Virus record (IMG/VR): IMGVR_UViG_3300010282_000007
Span: 6,297 to 70,296 of that record
Source of the DNA: a virus
Taxonomy: Duplodnaviria; Caudoviricetes
Reading direction: 5' to 3' (one strand)
DNA length: 64,000 bases
Shown: one piece after another, positions 58,182 to 64,000 of the stretch
How the letters are laid out: every line of letters starts with the position of its first letter
How positions within the stretch are numbered: position 1 is the stretch's first letter
Position numbers and translations under genes: made by a program
The notes under the pieces: model-generated
Databases searched by the model: none
What the model was told of the DNA's origin: nothing
The model's input: the letters and a program-made list of their open reading frames with translations, nothing else

Positions 58182-58326
58182 ACGCCACCTTTATTCTTGG
58201 CTCAACGCCCGAATGGCAACCAACACTAATGCACGGCGACACTCCCTTTGTGTCAATAACCCATCCGTTTTGCTTGCTACACCAAACATAGCCGACAATT
58301 AATATTTGCGTTGATTTATTTCTCAT
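58171..58326 (-). CDS. TRD-like mini-ORF M9, 51 aa
   Basis: MRNKSTQILIVGYVWCSKQNGWVIDTKGVSPCISVGCHSGVEPRIKVAYET. Confidence 0.75.
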   Translation of the reverse strand: MRNKSTQILIVGYVWCSKQNGWVIDTKGVSPCISVGCHSGVEPRIKVAYET

Positions 58327-58481
58327 AGATGTGAATTGCTCCTGTGGTGCCCCAATCATTAGTGTACTGGAAATTGATGCGGCCTGTCTTGTAATAGTTG
58401 GCTTTGATTGTCCTGCAAGTGCCATCGTTTTTGGTGTTGCAACCAATAAGCCGTATGGGGGGGGGTAGATTTAACGCTCAT
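58316..58481 (-). CDS. TRD-like mini-ORF M8, out of frame at C9 (in frame with C8 or C11)
   Basis: MSVKST-(C9)-IRLIGCNTKNDGTCRTIKANYYKTGRINFQYTNDWGTTGAIHIYEK; 166 nt. Confidence 0.7.
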
Positions 58482-58620
58482 AGATTACTCCAATGAATTG
58501 GTCGGTAGTAAAGCCGCTACCCGTGAACGTATGAATGACATTTGCTATATCCTTTGGATGATAGTTCAATATCTCACCCTTCTTGTTGTCACGGGTGTAG
58601 CCGTAAAGGATCCGTCTCAT
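58471..58620 (-). CDS. TRD-like mini-ORF M7, 49 aa
   Basis: MRRILYGYTRDNKKGEILNYHPKDIANVIHTFTGSGFTTDQFIGVIYER. Confidence 0.7.
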   Translation of the reverse strand: MRRILYGYTRDNKKGEILNYHPKDIANVIHTFTGSGFTTDQFIGVIYER

Positions 58621-58747
58621 ATATCTCAATTACAAGGATGGGGTCTTTGAAATCACGCGCCCTTAACGTAGGAGAATATAACGATGAAATTCTAAACTCG
58701 CCGTATGTGCTACGTGGGTTTGGCAAAACCATTTTCTCATGTCTCAT
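58589..58747 (-). CDS. TRD-like mini-ORF M6, 52 aa
   Basis: MRHEKMVLPNPRSTYGEFRISSLYSPTLRARDFKDPILVIEIYETDPLRLHP. Confidence 0.75.
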   Translation of the reverse strand: MRHEKMVLPNPRSTYGEFRISSLYSPTLRARDFKDPILVIEIYETDPLRLHP

Positions 58748-58910
58748 AAACTTGTGTGACAAATTTGTTGCCATCGTCGTATCTTGCCGTTATCGTGATG
58801 TGCAAGCCGATGTGCCATTGCTGGTTGTAACAGTCAAGGCATATACCGCTAACGAAAGGCACACCGCTTTCAATGAGAGACCTTACCCTCTCACCTCCTT
58901 TAAGTTTCAT
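58737..58910 (-). CDS. TRD-like mini-ORF M5, 57 aa
   Basis: MKLKGGERVRSLIESGVPFVSGICLDCYNQQWHIGLHITITARYDDGNKFVTQVYET. Confidence 0.75.
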   Translation of the reverse strand: MKLKGGERVRSLIESGVPFVSGICLDCYNQQWHIGLHITITARYDDGNKFVTQVYET

Positions 58911-59082
58911 ACGCTTTCGTTACAAAATACATGCAATTTGCGTCTATCCTCGCTTTGATTGTACCTGAAACAGAAATATTGTAGATTTGATTGTACGTGT
59001 CGAGCCATACGCCGCTCTTAAATGGAATGCCGCTTTCAATAAGTGAAGCGAGGCGTTTGCCTCCTGTTGGTTTATTCTTCAT
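58900..59082 (-). CDS. TRD-like mini-ORF M4, 60 aa
   Basis: MKNKPTGGKRLASLIESGIPFKSGVWLDTYNQIYNISVSGTIKARIDANCMYFVTKAYET. Confidence 0.75.
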   Translation of the reverse strand: MKNKPTGGKRLASLIESGIPFKSGVWLDTYNQIYNISVSGTIKARIDANCMYFVTKAYET

Positions 59083-59239
59083 ACAACAATGCTATTTTAG
59101 GCGAGTTGCAACTTCCAACACCTCTTCCACGAATGCCCTGCCCTGACCTCAATGTTGGCGATAGGCCATCTGGTGAGAAAACGTCACCATTTTGGCCATC
59201 GCTTGGGAATACATTGCCCAAACGGATAATTCTACACAT
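59072..59239 (-). CDS. TRD-like mini-ORF M3, 55 aa
   Basis: MCRIIRLGNVFPSDGQNGDVFSPDGLSPTLRSGQGIRGRGVGSCNSPKIALLYEE; TAATG overlap start. Confidence 0.75.
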   Translation of the reverse strand: MCRIIRLGNVFPSDGQNGDVFSPDGLSPTLRSGQGIRGRGVGSCNSPKIALLYEE

Positions 59240-59408
59240 TATGTTTCATAGACAACCCCGATACCCATCTTCGGATAATGCGCTACGCTTATCAAATTTG
59301 CCGCTCCGATTACCTCGTAAACGGCGGTGATTGTCGGAGCAAGGCCGTCTTTTGTAACTGGCAGTCCTATAAGTCGTTGAGGGGGGGGGGCAGCTTACGT
59401 TGTTTCAT
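59239..59408 (-). CDS. TRD-like mini-ORF M2, out of frame at C10 (in frame with C8 or C11)
   Basis: MKQRKL-(C10)-QRLIGLPVTKDGLAPTITAVYEVIGAANLISVAHYPKMGIGVVYET; 170 nt. Confidence 0.7.
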
Positions 59409-59418
59409 AAATATAGCA

Positions 59419-59559
59419 CTATGCGCTTTTAGGGTAATGGCGAAGAGTGATGTAGTCCCTTATCGCAGCATCTTCGTATCGCGTGTTCAAAGTGCAAGCA
59501 ATACCACCCGAACAAACATTCTGCGGAACAATCCTACTGGGCAACAAAGAAGTTCTCAA
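59419..59559 (-). CDS. TRD-like mini-ORF M1, 46 aa (TTG start; TAG four codons before the expected YET)
   Basis: MRTSLLPSRIVPQNVCSGGIACTLNTRYEDAAIRDYITLRHYPKSA*CYIYETT*. Confidence 0.55.
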   Translation of the reverse strand: MRTSLLPSRIVPQNVCSGGIACTLNTRYEDAAIRDYITLRHYPKSA

Positions 59560-60307
59560 AATCCTCTTCGTCTTCTTCGTCAAAATCATTCTCTGAAGAT
59601 GCAGACCTCCCATCTTCCTCAATGCTCTTTTCGCAAAACCTTGCAAGCATTTCGTCGGACAAGAAATACTTTTCGTCAACTTCCTCTTCCAAAACATCAT
59701 TCAAACAAAGTTCCAACGGCATTTTCTTTGGGAAGAAATATCTTGGGTTTTGTTCGTCTTCAGTTATGAGAATGGAAATCATGTATATCCGTTCTCTATT
59801 TTGAGGAACGTTGAAATCAGAGGCATTCAGTACCTGGGCAAAATTTACATATCCGAAACCCTCAAGCCGCCTTTGCCAGGCGTTAAAACCTTTGATGAAC
59901 TTTTGCTGAACAAGTCCTTTTACATTCTCAAAGAAGACGTACTTAGGACGCTTTAACTCTATGGCTCTCGAACACTCCCATAAGAGCGAAGAACGCGTTC
60001 CGCTACCCTCTTCTCCACCACGCTGGAGGCCAGCATTGCTGAAGTCCTGGCAGGGCGAACTCATTGTAAAAAAGTCAAAATCAGGAACTTTGCCCCAATC
60101 AATCTTGCTGATGTCACCATAGTTTTCAACGTCACCATGTAACGCTTTGTAAGCGGTAATCGCACTTGGGTCAATCTCGCTGAAGCCAATCAATTTGTAG
60201 TCAAATTCAGGAAAGTCGCGTTTCAGCCTCTCCAAAGCAAGGCTTTGACTGCCATAGCCAGCAAAAGCCTCAAATACCCTTAATGGATTGTTTTTGTCGT
60301 ATTTCAT
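59534..60307 (-). CDS. C5-cytosine MTase catalytic N-terminal part (motifs I-VIII), 257 aa
   Basis: FAGYG (I), SSPCQDFS (IV), ENVKGL (VI), VPQNRERIY (VIII). Ends in an acidic tail with no TRD or motifs IX-X. Confidence 0.92.
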   Translation of the reverse strand: MKYDKNNPLRVFEAFAGYGSQSLALERLKRDFPEFDYKLIGFSEIDPSAITAYKALHGDVENYGDISKIDWGKVPDFDFFTMSSPCQDFSNAGLQRGGEEGSGTRSSLLWECSRAIELKRPKYVFFENVKGLVQQKFIKGFNAWQRRLEGFGYVNFAQVLNASDFNVPQNRERIYMISILITEDEQNPRYFFPKKMPLELCLNDVLEEEVDEKYFLSDEMLARFCEKSIEEDGRSASSENDFDEEDEEDFENFFVAQ

Positions 60308-60324
60308 ATATGTCTTGGTTGTTG

Positions 60325-60759
60325 TTAAATCTTTAACTTTTGGAATGCCTCGTTGTTTACAAACACATTCCATTCGTCTTCTGATGTTTTCGGAATCCAC
60401 TCGGCAGTAATGGTTTTTCCTTTAGCGTATTTCATGCAGATATTGAACATTTTGGCATAGTCTTCGGGAACTTCCCACCCTGCTATCCATCCGGCAACAG
60501 CACTGTTGTTCGTCCAAATAACGCATACTGCATCATCATCGTCGATAAATGACAATGCCCATCCAATAGCGTAAATCTCCATTTGGAACTGCCCTTTGTA
60601 CCGCAAAATCGGAATATTCGTTTCCTTTGTTGGTATCACATCAACAAACTTGGCTGACTTTGTGGCCAGCAACTTTCCATTGCACAAAACCGCAAAAGCG
60701 AGGGATGCGGAATTGTCGTAATTGTTATGGCAACCTTTTATGTAAATTGAGTATTTCAT
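60325..60759 (-). CDS. RNase H-like protein, 144 aa
   Basis: RNase HI-like order: first strand IYIKG, MEIYAIGWAL, IWTNNSAV, WIPK..N..V; some catalytic Asp positions differ. Confidence 0.55.
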   Translation of the reverse strand: MKYSIYIKGCHNNYDNSASLAFAVLCNGKLLATKSAKFVDVIPTKETNIPILRYKGQFQMEIYAIGWALSFIDDDDAVCVIWTNNSAVAGWIAGWEVPEDYAKMFNICMKYAKGKTITAEWIPKTSEDEWNVFVNNEAFQKLKI

Positions 60760-60767
60760 CTTTGCTC

Positions 60768-62864
60768 TTAAAATGGTAGTTCACTATCTGGGAGAGTTTC
60801 ACCAAATGGCATATCGTCAGCAGAAGATGTTGATGCTTGCGTTTCAGCAAACATCACTTGTTGAACGGCATTATCTCCGCGCCAGCCATAGGAAACAACC
60901 TCATTTTCGGTGTTCTTAAAACGGCGGCTCTCAACTTCGTAATACATACCACAGAAAAAGTCCTGCGTTCCCATCATCCTATCCTTGGCAACCTCTATCA
61001 TATTGCCGTATTCCTGCGCATTTTCAGTAGGACTGAAACGCAATGTCGGGAAAACATCTTTCACTGTCCTCCTAAAATCATTGTTGACGCGATGAACAAT
61101 GAAGATATAGTCGGCTGCATCCATTATTGCAGACGTTCCGCTGATGTCGTATTTCCGTATGAACGATGTTGTCTTTCTTGGGTGTGCTACAAGAATTACT
61201 ATCGCCTTGTTCTTTTTCTTGAACTCTACAAGTTGATTAACAAGGTCTTTTTGTTTCTTGTTGTTGTCACCATCAAACACGTCGATGTCAAGAGAAAAAA
61301 GGTTGTCAAGAATGAATATCCTAACTCCCATGGAAAGCAACTCATTCATATCATTGAATATCTGTTCCCATTTGTTAGAGTATTCGTTATTGTAGAGAAA
61401 GAATTTTCCATCAAGCCAATCATCTATCCTTGTTGATATGTCGTTTGGAACGTAGTAATAATGTCCATTGTTTGCTTGCCGTAAAAAATCCTTTCCAGCA
61501 GCGACCATTTGCATCCACGTCTTTAGCACATCCGGCCTCAACTCTCCGCTCCACAATGCTGCTTTTGCCCCCTGTTGGACTGCGTTAAGAATGAGCGAGT
61601 TCAGCCACGACGATTTCCCTGAAGCATTTGAGCCGCTGACAACGACAAGTGAACTATAAAACAAACCTTTTGTTGCCTTATCCAATGACATAAAGCCTGT
61701 CTTTATATGCTCGATGTCGTTGATATTCACTTTTTGAATATCCTTCATCGAAAACCATTTCTTCCCAAGTTCGGGAGTTTCAGGCTTTATTGTCGGTTCT
61801 ACGTGTTGCGGCCTTTGTTGTACTTTCCTTTGTTGTTGATATGGTTGTTGTTGTTGTTGTTGGTCGTATGCGTGTGGGTCAAACTTTAACCTTACTTCCC
61901 GCCAATCGTGACAAGAGCAGGACTGATGGAAGCACTTGTAAGCTATTGCGCCGTTCGGCATTTCAAAGATTGCGGCATCTGGTGCTTTGTGACCGCTGTC
62001 AAAGATGCATTCGGTAAGCACAAACTTTGTTCCTCCACCTGAAAGTGGAACTTCTTTCGCTATACTTATGCCATGCTCATTAATGAACCTCCGCAGGTTA
62101 AACTCTTCGTGAGTGCCGTTTGAATAATTGTTGTATCTCCTTACAGGCTGTTCAGCGGACAACTTGTACCTATCGTTGAAAGCATCGAGAAAGTCTTTCC
62201 GTATTCTCGTGATTTTTTCGGGTACATAAAGTATCTTCGCTTGCCGATGCGGCCTTTCCTCCGTACTTCTGCCTTTGCGCCCGAAAGAGCCAGGAAGACG
62301 AATTATCCTATTGGCATCGAATAGAACATTGTCTATCTTGACATTGCCGTCTGTAAAGTTGATGCTAAGTGTTTCAAGGAAAGTCTTGACTGTCGTTTCC
62401 GCTTCGGGTGTGTTCTCCATATCTATCGGGATGAAGATATGGTAGCCGCTTGACGAATCGCACACTACTGGCTCACTAAAGCCATTATCCCTAAGAAATC
62501 GGAACACGTTGCCAGCCTTTTTATATGCAAGTGCCTTTTCATCGTTGGTTGAACTTACACCGCTTGGGCGTTCGCAGTCAACATCTATCGGGAGCCACCA
62601 TCTATGCTCTATGTCCTGCTTGCTGGTCGCAGTGCCCTTGACTTGCTTAAACGAGCCGAACTGTTCTCTGCTTGCGCAGGCACGCTTCACTTCATTGACG
62701 GAGAAATAAATGTTGAAATTGTCATAAGGCTGCAACTTCTTAATGGCTTGTTCCACATCGTAAAAATAGCCGCTCCAAGTCCTATCTCCAAGAAGACGTA
62801 TTTCAAACAGTTCTCCCTCTCGCTTGAAGACCTTATGCCATTTTCTTATCTCGTCAATGTTCAT
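60768..62864 (-). CDS. Primase-helicase fusion (PrimPol-like N-terminus, Zn domain, DnaB-like SF4 helicase), 698 aa
   Basis: IDVDCE, DSSSGYH, RIIRLPG; CFHQSC; GSNASGKSS, ILDNL, LVAHPRK, DISGTSAIMDAAD. Confidence 0.88.
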   Translation of the reverse strand: MNIDEIRKWHKVFKREGELFEIRLLGDRTWSGYFYDVEQAIKKLQPYDNFNIYFSVNEVKRACASREQFGSFKQVKGTATSKQDIEHRWWLPIDVDCERPSGVSSTNDEKALAYKKAGNVFRFLRDNGFSEPVVCDSSSGYHIFIPIDMENTPEAETTVKTFLETLSINFTDGNVKIDNVLFDANRIIRLPGSFGRKGRSTEERPHRQAKILYVPEKITRIRKDFLDAFNDRYKLSAEQPVRRYNNYSNGTHEEFNLRRFINEHGISIAKEVPLSGGGTKFVLTECIFDSGHKAPDAAIFEMPNGAIAYKCFHQSCSCHDWREVRLKFDPHAYDQQQQQQPYQQQRKVQQRPQHVEPTIKPETPELGKKWFSMKDIQKVNINDIEHIKTGFMSLDKATKGLFYSSLVVVSGSNASGKSSWLNSLILNAVQQGAKAALWSGELRPDVLKTWMQMVAAGKDFLRQANNGHYYYVPNDISTRIDDWLDGKFFLYNNEYSNKWEQIFNDMNELLSMGVRIFILDNLFSLDIDVFDGDNNKKQKDLVNQLVEFKKKNKAIVILVAHPRKTTSFIRKYDISGTSAIMDAADYIFIVHRVNNDFRRTVKDVFPTLRFSPTENAQEYGNMIEVAKDRMMGTQDFFCGMYYEVESRRFKNTENEVVSYGWRGDNAVQQVMFAETQASTSSADDMPFGETLPDSELPF

Positions 62865-62876
62865 GATTGTTTGTCG

Positions 62877-63812
62877 TTATTGCTGGACCCATTCTTTGGT
62901 TTTTGCGTTCCATATCCAAGTATATTGGCAGTGTGCAACTTTCGCGCCGTTCGGTCTGTTGTCATCGTTGTAGCCATCGTTGAGCATATTGAAATAGCCG
63001 CCAAATAGCAAGCATTTCCTTACTGGGTCCCAACGCTGCATAATTCCATCGGTCAGCGGACTATATTCTTCGTCTTCGCCAAAGTTCAACTTGTTATCAG
63101 AATAGCATTCCCATGACCTTTGGTTGATGTACGTTTGCAGGTTTTTCATTTGTGGGAAGAAATTCCCTGTCAGGCTTGCCTTTCTTCGCTCTTCGTTTTC
63201 TTTTTCCAAGGACGGCATAAGCAAAGGAATGATAGTTTTCCAGTCTTTATGCTTTTTCTTGAAATTTTCAAACTCCGTTTCAAACCCTCTTACTTTGCCG
63301 CCGTACTGCTTGTACTTTTTCCTGAAAGTTTCAAAGTCCTTTTCAAGTTCGGAAAGAGTTTTGTCACTATCTCCGCCAACGATTTGTAGGGGGTTAGGGG
63401 GTAATATTTCTTTTTCTTTGTTAATTTCTTTTTCTATTGGTAAAGGGGTATGGGGGAAACCCTTTTCTTTTTCTTTTACAATTTCTTTTTCTTCAAGTGC
63501 GTTAATCACTGCGTTAGTGACTGCGTTTGAAAAAATGTTAAAAGCATTGTAACTATCATAATCACATATAGTTACAAAAACGTGATTTGCGTTAGAGGCT
63601 GCGTTAGCAACTGCGTTAGTTATCGTACCACAAGCAAGGAATTTTTGATGTATTGTTCTGACCTGCTGATATGGTATTCCAGTTGCTTTTGACATACCCC
63701 TGTCGCTAAACTCAACCTTCCCGTATGCATCAGCATTGAGCAGCAAACGGAGCATAATCAACTGCTCATTGGGCGTGAACGCTTCAATGAATAACCTGCT
63801 TATGTGTATCAT
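62877..63812 (-). CDS. Replication initiator-like protein (wHTH, NAV repeats, KEK/PPNP linker), 311 aa
   Basis: N-terminal wHTH ending VTICDYDSY; KEKEKGFPHTP..PPNPL; C-terminal YINQRSWE typical of lambda-O/DnaD-like phage initiators. Confidence 0.65.
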   Translation of the reverse strand: MIHISRLFIEAFTPNEQLIMLRLLLNADAYGKVEFSDRGMSKATGIPYQQVRTIHQKFLACGTITNAVANAASNANHVFVTICDYDSYNAFNIFSNAVTNAVINALEEKEIVKEKEKGFPHTPLPIEKEINKEKEILPPNPLQIVGGDSDKTLSELEKDFETFRKKYKQYGGKVRGFETEFENFKKKHKDWKTIIPLLMPSLEKENEERRKASLTGNFFPQMKNLQTYINQRSWECYSDNKLNFGEDEEYSPLTDGIMQRWDPVRKCLLFGGYFNMLNDGYNDDNRPNGAKVAHCQYTWIWNAKTKEWVQQ

Positions 63813-64000
63813 TGTTCAGACATCGAAGGTTTAACAATAGCATCGTAATCGCTCACAGTAAGGATTGTAATAGTATCTATCCTATTACTTTCTATCAGTC
63901 GTTTTTGCACGAGATAATACCTGTCCCTGCGAAAGCGTTTTCCGCTCGTGTTAAAGAAAACCTTCTCAGTCTTGTACTTGATTGCTAATTGCCCGCGCTC
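63809..64000 (-). CDS. 5'-truncated wHTH protein related to the initiator N-terminus
   Basis: ...ERGQLAIKYK...TITILTVSDYDAIVKPSMSEQ*; ATGA overlap with the next gene. Confidence 0.55.
   Translation of the reverse strand, partial: ERGQLAIKYKTEKVFFNTSGKRFRRDRYYLVQKRLIESNRIDTITILTVSDYDAIVKPSMSEQ

Noticed and set aside
57377-59559. Simple pseudogene decay of one long MTase
   Set aside because: The breaks recur at the same TAT-GAR motif with a precise ATG overlap, and module interiors are stop-free apart from M1 and the two poly-C shifts. This is not the random pattern expected from decay.
1-64000. TAG-to-Gln recoding (as in some gut phages) as an explanation for the fragmented MTase
   Set aside because: Large genes (TMP, terL, portal, primase-helicase) are intact in code 11. 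TAG is used as a normal stop before hairpins (28622, 43668, 45553, 46446). The modules are separated by frame shifts, not by in-frame ambers.
1-64000. tRNA, rRNA or a diversity-generating retroelement
   Set aside because: No cloverleaf with T-loop/CCA, no rRNA-like sequence, no reverse transcriptase and no TR/VR pair seen by eye. A tRNAscan or Infernal run would be needed to exclude them fully.

Overview
A 64 kb segment of a tailed dsDNA (siphovirus-like) phage genome, probably infecting Bacteroidales. The host inference rests on TAnnTTTG promoter boxes, SD-less AT-rich starts and a DUF4494-like gene. Layout: (i) 1-15285, minus strand: head and tail operon (scaffold, decoration, capsid, neck, major tail, tail chaperone, and a >2900 aa tape measure running off the left edge) with two inferred -1 frameshifts. 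(ii) 15470-21489, plus strand: terminase large subunit with an Ala1 intein, portal, MuF-like protein and a probable TerS. (iii) 21544-24117, minus strand: small genes and a D5-like SF3 helicase. (iv) 24118-25574: AT-rich non-coding region where strand skew flips, followed by clustered host-type promoter boxes. (v) 25575-48726, plus strand: about 45 mostly small genes, nearly each preceded by a conserved hairpin/leader unit, ending with a beta-clamp-like gene, FtsK and a tyrosine recombinase. (vi) 48766-64000, minus strand: replication and methylation operon. The main discovery is in (vi). A C5-cytosine methyltransferase is split into a catalytic N-half and a motif IX-X C-half, separated by 14 overlapping 46-65 aa TRD-like mini-ORFs that nearly all end in Y-E-x and overlap the next start. 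Two of them are frame-gated by poly-C tracts. Five tandem amino-MTases lie alongside (two with poly-G tracts), and all carry C-terminal QLxLF-like clamp-binding motifs. All assignments come from manual motif reading; no database searches were run.
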